Origin: Spironucleus salmonicida
Taxonomy: Eukaryota
Length of the DNA: 64,000 bases
Assembly: GCF_000497125.1 (NCBI RefSeq)
Contig: NC_090602.1
Location: forward strand, 744,001-808,000
Direction: 5' to 3'
Both the position numbers and the translations under genes were made by a program. The notes under the pieces are model-generated. The model was not told the origin of the DNA, searched no databases, and saw nothing but the letters and a program-made list of their open reading frames with translations. This document shows, piece after piece, positions 26,505-39,932 of the stretch (position 1 is its first letter; the number at the start of each line of letters is the position of its first letter).

Positions 26505-26663
26505 TCACCTCAGCAGCCGCCCCGCAAGGGCTCCAGCCCCCGCTAGCGCTGCCACGAGGACGCTGATTTCAACTGCACGCAACTGTCCAACTCCGGAAAC
26601 AACCGCAAGGTATACAAGCCAAGCGGGCTCCGCGAACGCGAATGCATTCGGTTCGAACTCCAT
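26505..26663 (-). CDS. Putative hydrophobic microprotein (52 aa)
   Basis: AAAATG start; hydrophobic; TGA stop. Confidence 0.4.
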   Translation of the reverse strand: MEFEPNAFAFAEPAWLVYLAVVSGVGQLRAVEISVLVAALAGAGALAGRLLR

Positions 26664-26711
26664 TTTCTGCGTTCGCAGAATCGGAAATAAAGTCACTCCG
26701 AGGCGGCGGTC

Positions 26712-28232
26712 TCAATCGAAGTCCTCTATGTCATCAAACTCAGCGGCATAGCGTACGCTTAGCTTGGGGTGCTCCGTATTATTGTCGATGACGCTAGTTT
26801 AGATCCCGCTCATTTAGATCACGGGCCCAGTATCGAACAGGGTCAGCGAGCCAGAATCTTTGAGACCCAGGGATTCGACTTATTTACAATCATTTACTTC
26901 GTTTCCTTCTATTGAGTTGTCGCACTTTACGTTTGTCCCTTCGTGCGATTATGTGTTTTTGGTGGTGTTTCCTTCCAGTGAACTAGTGCTTTTTATATCT
27001 TTTACATCGTTTCCCTCCAGTTCCTCTCTCCCACTGCCACTGCCGCTCCCCAATAAATCCTCAAACTTGCGCGCGATCGATGCTTTTGGCTAAATTGGCG
27101 CAATTTCGGGTTCTGCGCCTTCTACCGCATCCTAAAGGCCCATCGGCATATCGTCAGGCTGCATTTTACCTTAAATTTCTCCCACATCACTATCAGGGTT
27201 TTTTAAACAGCCCATATCCTCTTAAAGGTCCAGCGACATATCGTCCAGGGGGTCAACCTCCGTTTTGCCTTTTACTAACGCGCTGTCGATCTCGATGTTG
27301 TCCCCAGAACACGTCAAAGCGTCAACATGTCCATTTTAAACAGCTTTTCTCCCCATTTGGACGCGCTTTTCAACCCGAAATTCGTCACCGCCGATGACGC
27401 GCTGCTTTTCCTGCTCAACAGCACCACACGGCGCCGCCTCGGGCTCGCTGGAGTCCAGCAGCAGCTTTTCGAGCTCGGAATCAGAGGAAATCGGCTTTGC
27501 GCGCCTCCGGACAGGCTTCTTGCGGCCCTCCTTGAGCTCCTGCTGCAGGTGGTTCTTGAGCGGGAGCTCCAGGCTGGCCACGGAGCGGCTACCCTTCGCC
27601 CGCACCTTCTTCGCGCTCCCAGGGCGCGGTTTCGCCTCCGCTTCGGCCTGAATCATTATATCAGGTTCGATTAGCATATCTACACTCTGCGCCATTTTCG
27701 CCTCTATTTTCACCTCGGTAATGAAAACTTGATCCGTTATATCATCTGTTTAAACTGCAAATTCAATTCCATTTTCAATTTCCACTCCACCTGCCCGAAC
27801 GATTTTCAGCTTTTTTTCAAATTCGACGTGAAAAATTCCTTCCTGAATTTTGATTTTCCGCTTCAAATTCGTCATTTCCGCTTCTTTTTGCGCCAAAACT
27901 TCGGCCTGGCCGTCCAAATCGGCGTGCAATTGCGCGTTTTTGACGCTCAAAACGCGCGCGGCGGCGGCCAGTTTCTCGTTCTGAACCTGCAGCGTTTCGG
28001 CGTCTTTCTGCCGCTGGAAGGCCTGGTCCTTGTAGGTCTCCGCCAGGGCCGCCAGCTGGCCCGCGCGCTGCTGGAACTGCGAGAGCAGCTGCTGCGTCTC
28101 CTCCAGCGTGATTTCTAAGACTTTTTTGCTCAGCGTCAGATCTTCGGATTCGGTCGCTATCTGCGTCAGAATGGCCTTCACTTGGTCCGGGAGGTGCTGC
28201 GAGAGCTGAATCAGGTTTTAATGCAGAGTCAT
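26712..28232 (-). CDS. Coiled-coil protein with acidic low-complexity C-terminus (506 aa)
   Basis: Track ORFs 27750 and 27336 are one frame under code 6 and continue to TGA at 26712. Confidence 0.75.
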
Positions 28233-29415
28233 AATTTGTGGAATGTTAAGGTATATAAATGTATAATAATCATATTAAAATAAATAGTGGAGGGGAGAAA
28301 ATATGATAGTTAAATTATATAATAATAATAGAATTTTGAGAGAAATGAAAAAAACAGATTAGAGTGATTAATGTTATGAATTAAAAATGTTATTGTCGTT
28401 GCAGGCTAGGAGCGTGAGAAGTAAGTAATTAGTACAAATAGTGATATTTAAAAATATATAATGGCATAAATATAGTGTAAAGTTGATTGTGAAAATTGGA
28501 TGGCACAAGTCGAGCCCAGCATGGAATTCGGTTAATTGAAACTAGAAACTAGTAATTTCAACTAATTCTGAAAATATCAGCTATAACGTAATTTTATCTG
28601 CTGGAGATGGAAATTTTTACAATAAATACAAGCTAATTGATACATAATGTATATAAATTGTTAGTAGAGCTATTTTCATCTATAATTTTTTTATTAAAAT
28701 GCTGATCTGAAACAAATTCAGTTTTTGAAAGCTTGAACTAAAAGTTTATGACTAAATAGCTATGCTTTGATGTAATAAATGGGGAAGTTTGCTGATTCTG
28801 AATAGTTTTTTCTATTTAAACTGAAATTAAATTTATATTGGTTTTAATAATCACAGAGTTGAAGGTATTGTTACTACTGTTACACGTTAAGGTTTACTAC
28901 CATAAAAATGTATTCTATTAAAATAACGTAAACATGAGCAGATTCAATTATTCTTAACTACTTATACTTAATTATCTATTATCAATGTAATTTATGCATT
29001 TGAAAATAAATATTATATTTCATATAAATTTAAATAAGCTATTTTGTTGCTTGTTTCCTTATTTATCACATTCCATAATTTTTACTTAATCAAAAAAACT
29101 AGAAATTAGTTTTCTTTTACTATAACATTTATTTTAATAAAAAGTTGACACTATTTTTATAACTCAATAAATATAATTTTTAATGAAGTAAAATATTATT
29201 AAAACTTAACATGTTAGAAAAATAACTTAATAATATTAATAAAATAAATACTGTTAGAATAAATCCCTGATTAACTATCACTAAAATTATACATATATAA
29301 TCTTAATTTAATTTTGGATGATAGATTCTTTAATCGATAACATTACGCATCGAAACTAAATTTAGTTACTTATTCTTTATATAATAACTGAATAAACTAC
29401 TGATAAATTTGTAAA

Positions 29416-29733
29416 ATGGGAGTTGTAAAATCTATCTTAAGTGATGACACTAAAGATCTAGTTGATCACTTTTAACACCCTATGAAGAAGAACTAGTCTG
29501 AAATATTAACTATTATGACATAGAAGACGGACTTTTCTACAGCATCTTTAAAGGAGCTACGCTCATTATTTTCTCCTTTAGAAACCCCAGAAAAAATAGT
29601 AGAAACAGACGAAATAGAAGATTTAATTGACAGAATTAGTTTTATAAAATTAGATGCACATAACAATGATAGTGGAGTTATTTCCTAAAGAATTATCTCA
29701 ATGGATTTTGGTAATTGCAGTGTTGATGTTTGA
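29416..29733 (+). CDS. Microprotein, MG[VA][LV] family (105 aa, MGVVKSILSDD...)
   Basis: Shared N-terminus; LIDRISFI...RIISMD resembles LLDRFEHV...KILDLE of the 1698 ORF. Confidence 0.7.
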
Positions 29734-30791
29734 GTAGATACTAGAAATATATATAAATAGTTAGTTTTATTTTAATCACTCTAGCATTATCTAGGCGATA
29801 TTCTCAGCTATGTACTAGTGACGAACTTACTTACATAATTTATTTACATTACTTATATTCTATCCAATATTTTAAGAAAATTTTATTATATAATTATTGT
29901 TCTTACCTTAATACTAAAAATAATTGTTTTCAACGTATATCATAAAGTATTTAGTAAATCTATAAATAATATAATATGGGTTTCATATTATTATATTAAA
30001 AATTATTAATATATGGAAATATAGATGATTAATCTAACAGAAAAAGTATTTTATAAATATTATTATTTGTTTGATTGGTATTAATCGATTGCGGACACTA
30101 ATGAGACTACATAAATAAAATGTAGATAATAATTTTATTATTAAGTTTATTATTTCTTTAGTTTAATTGATAGATGCTATATATTATCCTAATTAAAGAT
30201 TAATAAGGAGTAGCTTGAAACATTACTACTAATCAAGTAAATTTATTGCAAATTGTCGAAATATCATCCCTAATTTTAAATTTAATAGTAGATAAAATTA
30301 TATTATTATTTTTGATCAATCTCAAATTTAATAATAGTATATACATTTTCTTGTATTGATTTATTTATCAGATTAAACTAATTGAAATAAGTTTAGAAAA
30401 TAGCTAAGCAAATGATAAAAATAATATACAAAATATTTCAGTTTAAGAAAATACTGTAAATTAAAAATTATCTAATTATATTAGAGAATTAATTAATTTT
30501 TAAGTTTATGATAAACGTAGTAATAAGTTGTTATGTCCTGTTACTGTAGATAGTCGTGCATTATTAATTGACTAAATAATTATATTTACAGCGAAATCTT
30601 CCAAAAACAAAAAAGTATTATTAATTATATTTAATAAGGAAATCTATTTATCTATATATAATTTTTAATGTTTTCCCCATAATCTATGTATTTTTGATCA
30701 TTATATATATTTACACAATACATTTTGACATAAACATTTATTGTTATATCTTAATAGAATATATAATAATATTTTATCATTTCTATCAGAA

Positions 30792-31124
30792 ATGGGAGCT
30801 TTGACAACAGTTTTAAAAGATGATGAGTATCATCAGTAGAATGTTAAAGAAGTAGCAGGATCGCTATATCATTCTATAAAAACCTAAGAAGGATCAAAAT
30901 CTAAATTTTAGCCGCTTATTGTTTAATCAGAGTAATTATTCTCTGAAGTAAAGAGTAGTCTAGAAATGATTCAGGAAATAAAATTTATAAATGATTAGGT
31001 AAAAGTTTCAACAACTAAACTAGTGTAATCCAAGCCTAATAACATATAAGAACACATTAAATCAGGAATCTTTTAAATGGACTTAAATGAGGAAAGCTCT
31101 GAAGCTATAGCTCGAAAATAATGA
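30792..31124 (+). CDS. Microprotein, MG[VA][LV] family (110 aa, MGALTTVLKDD...)
   Basis: Shared N-terminus; same ATCAGAAATGGG start context as 1698. Confidence 0.7.
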
Positions 31125-31506
31125 TAAGCTAAAATTGTAACACATGTGTATTTAGTATTAGATTAGTGCTTACCTTACCATTTTTAATAAATTGTTATTA
31201 ACCTTTAATGTGTGACTAGTATATAAATAAAATTCCGCACTTTATTATATATTATTACCTTTTCAACAATAATAAAGCCTAACTATTTAATTCTATAAAT
31301 AAGTGTAGAAACTAAATATATTTATATTATATAGTATTAAACGTATAGTAGAATATAGGAGTGAATACTTTGATTAATGTTTAATTATAATACAAATTTT
31401 ATGCATAAATAAATAAGATGGAAACACTTATTACCTTAATATTAAAGATAAAACTGATGTATATAAAAATTTACAATGTGATTTATGAACCACAATGAAA
31501 ATAAAA

Positions 31507-31755
31507 ATGATGCCCGCAACTTACCAGTCAGAGTTTTCCTTTAAGCAGTTAATGAAGGATTTATTCACTAAGAAAAATAAGCAGACTAAGCCCTTATCAA
31601 TGACTTTTTCCTCCTCTGCATAAGAATTTGCTGGACGTATTTCTACAAATGATGATGAATTACGAGCTCAACGGTATTATGACTATGATGAATCCACTGA
31701 CAATTTTGAATAGTATGAAGCACCAATTCAAGAAGATTTGCTAATAAGAAAGTGA
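31507..31755 (+). CDS. Microprotein, 'EFAGRIS' family member 2 (82 aa)
   Basis: KPLSMTFSSSAQEFAGRIS...YDESTDNF; AAGTGA stop. Confidence 0.8.
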
Positions 31756-31804
31756 ATTGTATTTTTACTATGCATTTTAACTCATGTTAAATATTTCAAC
31801 TTTT

Positions 31805-32864
31805 AAATTATCCGAATACCTACCCTCTCACTCAGGTACGATGAGGAAGCACACGTCCTCCACGTTGCACTCGTTCACGCCGCGGATCATCTTGAAGTAG
31901 CCGCCCTCGCCCCAGGTGCTGCCCCAGCTGTTCTTGAGGAGCCAGTACGGGGTGTCGTTCTCCACGCCCCATCCCACGAGCATGACGGCGTGCGAGCCCT
32001 CCACCCCGCCGCTGACGTGCTCGTAGACGCCCGAGTGGTAGTAGTCGAAGTCGCCGTACACGGTGAAGGCGGTCTGCACGGTGCCGCGGAGCAGCGCCTC
32101 CATGATGCTGCGCTCGCTCTGGCATACGTACTCGAACGCCGCGCCCCGGTGGAAGTGCAGGGGGGAGCGGTCCTCGCAGCGCCTCGGGCACTTCCCGGTG
32201 GCCCCGGAGCGCCCGGAGGTGTAGGGAGCGCAGGCGTCCGCGACAGTGCCCGTGCGGACCAGGAACTGCTGGGCCAGGAGCAGCCAGCCGCCGTTGCAGC
32301 CCTCCTGCCCCTGGGTGTTGCAGGACACCACGTACTGCTCCGAGAGCGCCGTGCGGGCCGCGCCGGCGATGCAGCGGTTGTCCGCGAGCTGGTCCACCGC
32401 GGAGAAGGCCCAGCAGGAGCCGCAGCTGCCCTGGTCCCTGACGGTGTCCGGCCCGGAGCACTCGGGGCGCAGCGCGGGCCAGAGGTGCTCAAGCGGGAGG
32501 GCGCCGTCCGAGGGCACGAAGGCGGCGTAGCGTTCCGGGGCGGGGCCCGCGTGCGGTCTGGGCAGGAGGGGCCGCCTGGCAGTGGGGGCGCCCGGGACCC
32601 AGCGGAGGCCGGAGTGGGCCTGGAGCTCGCGCAGCATGGCGTCGGCGAGGGTGAGCAGCATTTGCGGAAGGTGCCGAGATTATACAATTGGGAAGGGGGA
32701 CCAACACGAGGGCCCTTCTTACCCAATGGGAGTGCCAGCCTAAATGCCGCTCTACGCCATCTCTAGTTTTCCACGGCGGCGCCCTGCTCCTTGTCAGGGA
32801 TCTGGGCGGCGCGCTCGTTCGTGGGCGAGGTCCAAGGAGCGTACCAGCAACAAGAACCTAGATA
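31805..32864. repeat. Inverted duplication arm A (about 1060 bp; partner 37485..38544)
   Basis: Near-identical reverse complement including about 200 bp of upstream sequence. Confidence 0.95.
31828..32661 (-). CDS. Cathepsin B-like cysteine protease, copy 1
   Basis: [26 protein letters not shown]; no His-His occluding loop (Giardia type). Confidence 0.95.
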   Translation of the reverse strand: MLLTLADAMLRELQAHSGLRWVPGAPTARRPLLPRPHAGPAPERYAAFVPSDGALPLEHLWPALRPECSGPDTVRDQGSCGSCWAFSAVDQLADNRCIAGAARTALSEQYVVSCNTQGQEGCNGGWLLLAQQFLVRTGTVADACAPYTSGRSGATGKCPRRCEDRSPLHFHRGAAFEYVCQSERSIMEALLRGTVQTAFTVYGDFDYYHSGVYEHVSGGVEGSHAVMLVGWGVENDTPYWLLKNSWGSTWGEGGYFKMIRGVNECNVEDVCFLIVPE

Positions 32865-33045
32865 GGATGTGATCATGGGGAGAACAGAAGATCAGAGGAT
32901 GGATATTAGAAGGAGAAGATGATATGATTATGTGATAGATTGTTTTGGAATATTCGATTTATATTAGTATATATAGATTTACAGACGAAATAAATTGGTT
33001 TATATAATTAGATGCTAGAAATATTTGATTAAATGATAATATTAA

Positions 33046-33306
33046 TCACATATCATCATTCTTCAACTTAACTAATTACTCTAACGGTATTACATATGGT
33101 GTTGTATCTTGTTGTGGTACAAAAAATAAAGTGCTTTCATGCCGTATGATACCTATAGTAGGTATTTTTGGTAGCAAATTCACTGAATTTCTGGCACTTA
33201 CTTACTAAGATACTATGAGTGGTTATTCATATTCACTAGGTTATTACGTGTGTTCTACTTCCATCTATTTTTCGTCACTGCTAATAATAGAAGCGAGTAC
33301 ACCCAT
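33046..33306 (-). CDS. Microprotein, MG[VA][LV] family (86 aa, MGVLASIISSDE...)
   Basis: Shared N-terminus; open code-6 frame. Confidence 0.7.
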
Positions 33307-34098
33307 TTTTTAACAAATATAAAACTTATAATATATAACTTTATTTATTATATTATAATTTCTTCTACGAAATAAATAATTAGAATTTTATTTAATCTTT
33401 ATATATTTTTATATTGTAATATTACACTACAAATCATATCTAATAACCAATCGTAAATATTTATTATTTATTAGAAAGGAGTGTAAATTATAGCATATTT
33501 CTAAAAGAAACAGAAAGTGTTTCTGATTTTTTCATTGAATTAGTATTATTCATAAGTTGATAAAGTTTATAGAACAAATTTTTATAAAGAAAATAAAGTT
33601 TATTTTATTATTAATAGACTCATTCACTATTTATAGAAAGTATAGAAAGAGAAATATATAAGTAACTTAGTATAATAATTTAAGCAAAAATTAAAAATAT
33701 TTGGTATTTATTAGCGCTTCTGAATTTTTAAATTATCATTTCAAACATAAACTTTTATATTCATTTATTCGATTTTCGTCAACTGCATGAATAATTACTT
33801 GACATAAATTTTTAGTAATACTTTTATTGTATTTTTTACTTTATGAATTTAAAAATAATTTCGTATATAGGATTTATACTTTGGTAAATATAAGGTTTTG
33901 TTTATATAAAAATAATTTACATTGAATACAATAAATTAACTTACATATAATTATTTATAATAACTATAGTATAATCTCAAATTCACAAATACAGTATATT
34001 ATTAATTTATTATTATTTCATAACTAATATATATAAATAGGCTATATTATTTATAATAGAAATTAATAGAAGATCGTTATAATTTCCGCTTCACACTA

Positions 34099-35829
34099 AT
34101 GAAAAAATCGCCGTTCAAGGCAAAAAAATAGTCTCCCATGCAAATAAATAAAGTCTAGTTACTTGGTACTATTCTGACACTTTCAAATACCATGATGGGG
34201 GCTGCATTGCTTTCTCTTCCCTATACATTTTCTAGAGTTGGATGGCCTCTAGCAATAGCAATTGCTGTTTTTGCATTTGTATTTTCGATTTTTGGATTCA
34301 TGGCTATCATTGACGCAGCTCATTATACGCAGTCCCCAACAATGCGTGGAATGATCAAGAGTATTTTTGGCAACATTGTAGCAACCATTATCGATAGTTG
34401 CATTGCCTTCATGTATTGCGGATATCTAGTTAGCTACATTTCAATCTGCTCTGACTACCTAGTTGTCTTTATTCAGGCAGTGTCTAGCTACCATTTTAAT
34501 CCAATTTACATGAAAATTTGTCTTTTCGCACCACTAGCGCCACTGACGATGCTAAGCAGCCCCAGTGCGCTCAGTAATGTGAGCGCCTTTGCAATCATCT
34601 TCATTGTCGTCACGGTTTTCGCCACTTTTAGCTACTTTATCAAGGGCCTTCAGGACACGACAACCGATATCGTCATCAATCAAGTGGTCAGCAATATCAA
34701 GCTTCCGAACCCACTTAATCTTGTAGCACCGGCTCATAAAAACCCGGGATATGCCTTCCTAGAGTTCATTCAGCGGATTCCGCTTTTCATGCCGCTTTTC
34801 GGCTGCCACGCCTCTATCCCGGTGCTCCTACACGACCTAGCAGGGCAGCCCAACTACCGCCGCTAGCTAATGAAGAAATCCTGCGTATTTGCGTGCATTC
34901 TAGTCTGTGTCCTCTATCTGCTGAATGCATTCAGCGCCTATTTCCTCTTCGGGCGCTAAATCGCCGGAAACGTGTTGCTCAGCTTCTCGCCCAAAAACTA
35001 CGTCATGACGACCGTTCGCCTCCTCTACGCCTTCGTCATCATGCTCTCCTACGTCGTTATAGTGTACCCGATCCGTGCTATTTTCATGGAATGGTTCAGG
35101 CTCGACCGCACGTCCAAAAAAGGCACTTTCGTCTTCTTTTCGATCGGCATTTTGCTGACGATTTTCGCGATCGGCGTCAGCATTCTGGTCCCTTCCATTG
35201 TGACCGTTTTTAACTCCGTGGCGGCGCTCTTCGGGATCGCCGTTTACTGGGTGATTCCGCTTATTGCGCGCTGGAAAAACCCCGAATTGTAGCGGAAATC
35301 GGGCGTCCCGAAAACTGACGACGCCGAGCAGCAGCAGCGCGCGAGCATTGCGATCCGCAGGCTGTCTTTAATCGGAGTTTTTGTGGCCCAGAACCGCAAA
35401 ATCGACTCCGCGTACCTCGCCGTAGATCGGGTGCGCTCCCGGAGCGAAATTCAGCACGAGATTGTCGAAAACGAGAGCCGCGAGCGCAGTAACACTGCAG
35501 GCGTCTTCGGGCCGTTTCAGGTCGGAAATGTCATCGCGTGCACCGTGAAATCTCGCTCGCGCTCGATCGCAGAGGCGCTGCCTACGTGCATTAACGACCA
35601 GATGGTCGATTTGCAGCACGAGGGGGAAACGACGATTTCGCAGGCAATGGCAGCGATTCACGAGGTCGAAATTGAGGTCTAGGCGGTCGAAATTGAAATT
35701 AGGGCGATTATGACCAAATCGCGGCTTATGGGGCTCTGCTGCGCGTGTTCGGTCATCGTGTGCATCAATTTGACGGCTTTTGTGCTCAGTACGTTTTTTG
35801 ACATGTCGAGTAGTAGATTCCCGACTTGA
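34099..35829 (+). CDS. Amino-acid transporter (AAAP/SLC38-like), 576 aa
   Basis: NTMMGAALLSLPYTF..GW, FGCHASIP, AYFLFG..IAGNVLLSF, SYVVIVYPIR. Confidence 0.92.
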
Positions 35830-36032
35830 TTAAAAAAACATATACAATTTTACGGTTTCAACATGTAGTGTGAAGGAGTGGAAATATATACTATAACTAT
35901 ATAATAATTATTTGAGTATACGAAAAATTGTATACTTAACTTTTACGGTTATAGTACGAAAGTATAAAATAGATTTCCTGCAGTGAAAAATTATAATAAA
36001 GTATTGTAGTCGATATTTTTGTTTTTATTAAA

Positions 36033-37310
36033 ATGATGATTTTACTCGGGGTGTGTTTCTATGACACGTTCGACGAGACCAATATGTCAAAAGTTATACC
36101 TGCTGGCTATGCATTTATAACTGAGTCCGGCCTGGAGAATTACATGTCAAAAAATTAGCTGGGCGTCTTGTCAAGTTTAGCTGGCGAAGTCTTGATTGAT
36201 TCACTTGAAATACCTATATTAGCCTTCAAGATCAATCTTGATAATTTGATAATTAAGGATATTAACCCTCCCTCTGTTAAAATAGTCCTTAACCCAATGA
36301 AGCAACAAGGATCTTTGTAATTCTCAAATTTATCATTTTATCTTTCTCTTGAGTTTTCAATAAACCAACAAACATGGCCATTTTTGACTGATGCGGGTAT
36401 TGGTCAAATTAGTCTCATTAATGTTGAGCTTTCTACAACTTTAAAGTTTGTGGCTTCTGAGTGCAAAGATATGTATAATTTTCTGAGAGTTGGTCAATAA
36501 TTTAAAATTAAAGAACTTACAATGACACTATCTGGGTCTCTAAGTTACATTTATAATTCTATCTTATCTTTGCTTTAAGATGTACTTATTAACTAACTTA
36601 ATGGTCCACTTGGAAATTCAATAGTTGATATTCTTATTACATCTCTTAACTCTCAAATGGATGTTTGGTATAATAGAGCCGGTGTTAGTGGATCTATGAC
36701 TATTAGTGATGGAAGATGGCTTCATGCACCATATATTGTTGATCGTGGAATTTATTTGGATATATCATTCTAAAGATGTTAATTGGTATCGAATACAACT
36801 ACTGGAGATCGCTGCATCGGGAATTATTCAGAATAAATGTTAGAAAAACCTAATTTTTTGACAAATTCTGAACTTTAAACCTATGCATCTAGAACTGCTT
36901 TTAACGCAGGATTTAGTCTATTCAAAGAATAGTAGAAAATTTTAACTATTTAGTCAGATATTTATTAAATTAATATTATTAATTTAACCTAATTTACTAA
37001 TATAGGAGCAAAAATATTAATTGAGCTCTAAAAGGGTGAAAATATTTTTACTGCGATATTTTTTAGTAACATTACTGCTAAAGAAGTAAATAAAAAAGAT
37101 TATATGTTTTAATTACATTTTGATCGGTATATCATGACATCAGAAAACTTCTCTCCATTAATTTAGTCTTCAGTAACTGAAATTTTAACTAAATAGTTTT
37201 ATAACTATCAACTTACCTATACAAATATGGAGAACTATGATTGGAAAACTTTCTTCATTATATATATTAACCATGACTGGATATCGTCTAATGTAGATTT
37301 ATTAAAATGA
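36033..37310 (+). CDS. BPI/LBP (TULIP)-like lipid-binding protein (425 aa)
   Basis: Signal peptide; PAGYAFITESGLENY, WPFLTDAG, LSGSLSYIYNSIL; absent from the ORF track. Confidence 0.8.
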
Positions 37311-37484
37311 GTTATTTATTTTTACTTTAACCTTAATTACCACAATGTAATTATATTAGCTAACTGATGAAATCCACATTATAACATATTGATATTCTTA
37401 TTCAGCAATAGATACAAGCATTAAGAGTAATATTTACCTCAATGAAATTCATACTATATCATGTACAATCTTATCAAAAGTTAG

Positions 37485-38544
37485 TATCTAGGTTCTTGTT
37501 GCTGGTACGCTCCTTGGACCTCGCCCACGAACGAGCGCGCCGCCCAGATCCCTGACAAGGAGCAGGGCGCCGCCGTGGAAAACTAGAGATGGCGTAGAGC
37601 GGCATTTAGGCTGGCACTCCCATTGGGTAAGAAGGGCCCTCGTGTTGGTCCCCCTTCCCAATTGTATAATCTCGGCACCTTCCGCAAATGCTGCTCACCC
37701 TCGCCGACGCCATGCTGCGCGAGCTCCAGGCCCACTCCGGCCTCCGCTGGGTCCCGGGCGCCCCCACCGTCAGGCGTCCCCTCCTGCCCAGACCGCACGC
37801 GGGCCCCGCCCCGGAACGCTACGCCGCCTTCGTGCCCTCGGACGGCGCCCTCCCGCTTGAGCACCTCTGGCCCGCGCTGCGCCCCGAGTGCTCCGGGCCG
37901 GACACCGTCAGGGACCAGGGCAGCTGCGGCTCCTGCTGGGCCTTCTCCGCGGTGGACCAGCTCGCGGACAACCGCTGCATCGCCGGCGCGGCCCGCACGG
38001 CGCTCTCGGAGCAGTACGTGGTGTCCTGCAACACCCAGGGGCAGGAGGGCTGCAACGGCGGCTGGCTGCTCCTGGCCCAGCAGTTCCTGGTCCGCACGGG
38101 CACTGTCGCGGACGCCTGCGCTCCCTACACCTCCGGGCGCTCCGGGGCCACCGGGAAGTGCCCGAGGCGCTGCGAGGACCGCTCCCCCCTGCGCTTCCAC
38201 CGGGGCGCGGCGTTCGAGTACGTATGCCAGAGCGAGCGCAGCATCATGGAGGCGCTGCTCCGCGGCACCGTGCAGACCGCCTTCACCGTGTACGGCGACT
38301 TCGACTACTACCACTCGGGCGTCTACTAGCACGTCAGCGGCGGGGTGGAGGGCTCGCACGCCGTCATGCTCGTGGGATGGGGCGTGGAGAACGACACCCC
38401 GTACTGGCTCCTCAAGAACAGCTGGGGCAGCACCTGGGGCGAGGGCGGCTACTTCAAGATGATCCGCGGCGTGAACGAGTGCAACGTGGAGGACGTGTGC
38501 TTCCTCATCGTACCTGAGTGAGAGGGTAGGTATTCGGATAATTT
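37485..38544. repeat. Inverted duplication arm B (partner 31805..32864)
   Basis: Reverse-complement match. Confidence 0.95.
37688..38521 (+). CDS. Cathepsin B-like cysteine protease, copy 2 (intact)
   Basis: TAG at 38327 replaces GAG (Glu to Gln in code 6); frame continues to TGA. Confidence 0.93.
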
Positions 38545-39542
38545 TATTGTTTCTTTTATGTTAAATCTATTTATAAAATGATGTTAGAATAATTTTATTA
38601 GACATATTGTTTTAAAGGAAACTTATGAAAAATTTCGGATTACTATTTACTCTTAATATTATTCCTTTATATAGAAAAAGTAATTTTTGAATAATTATTT
38701 AGAGTAACTTTTGACATTTCACTTATTTTTTATTGCTATATTAGGTTTATATTTAATTTATACTGTTATAATCATATAAATTTAAGTAAGAAATGAATGT
38801 TTGAGTAATTAGGAATTAGTATACTATTAAATCTTATAATTATTATATTACTATTAGTCAATTCATATTTCCACAGTTTCTAAATACATTCAAAAGAGAT
38901 GTCATCCTATATTAATTCCAAAAAATAATAAGTTTTCTAATCTCATAGATATCTTATGAAAATTATTAATCCATCTAATTATAACTGGTTTTATCTTCCA
39001 GTGATATCTTCTTTAATTAATTTTCATTTTGGATTTAGATAAATTATTTTTACTCATTTAATGAAAATATGGGTATAAAGGCATACAAAATTATCTTTTT
39101 TATGATATATAATAAGTTAATGTAACAATACGACCTTATAAACTATCATTAGTGGTATAATACCAAACAAATTAAGATTTGACTCAAGTTATAACGTTTC
39201 AAATAGATTTTTCGCTCATTAAGTCATTATAATGATTTATACACTTATTTTAATCAGATTTCTTATATATTCATTAAGAGTGCAATCAAAACTTGCTAAA
39301 GATCACAATTTTTATTAAATATCAAAGTATAATGATTTAAAAATATTAACAGTAATCATATTGTTAATAAATAATGTTAATCTATTTGTATAATAGTATT
39401 GCATCTAATATAATGATAGCAGAGAATTAAAAAATATTAATATACTAGGAAAATAATACTATAATAATATATATGGTAGGAAAGAAATATAATTTAGTAT
39501 ATTATTATTTTATCTATATATTATAGTCTTTTTAAACATTAA

Positions 39543-39932
39543 ATGTTGCTACTATTGTCAGAGTTATCAATTCGTGGCTATAAAAACACCTCCTATGAAG
39601 TTGATTCAGATCATATTTCTATGATAAATTCATTCCAAAAATCTCGTATTTTAATTTTTCATGGGCCATGGTGCTCAGACTGTTAGAAACGTCTCCCAGA
39701 ACTGATTAGTTTCGTTGATTCCATGACAGACTAACACCATGTCCAATCTGTAAGACTAGATCATAGTAAAAAAGATAAAAATGGCCTCTCGGACAAATAC
39801 AAAATCTCAAAAATTCCAACAGTTTTGGTAATTGGTAACGGGAAGCGTTGCAGAATAACAGAACAATATAACCTATCTTGGGAAGCTGACATTAACAAAT
39901 GCTTAAAGTCAGTATGGACAGATGAACTTTGA
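39543..39932 (+). CDS. Thioredoxin-fold protein (WCSDC) with signal peptide and C-terminal TDEL
   Basis: MLLLLSE...FHGPWCSDCQKRLP...YKISKIPTV...RITE..SWEADI...WTDEL*. Confidence 0.85.

Noticed and set aside
38327-38329. Apparent nonsense mutation truncating cathepsin B copy 2
   Set aside because: TAG is Gln in this code and the frame continues to TGA at 38519-38521
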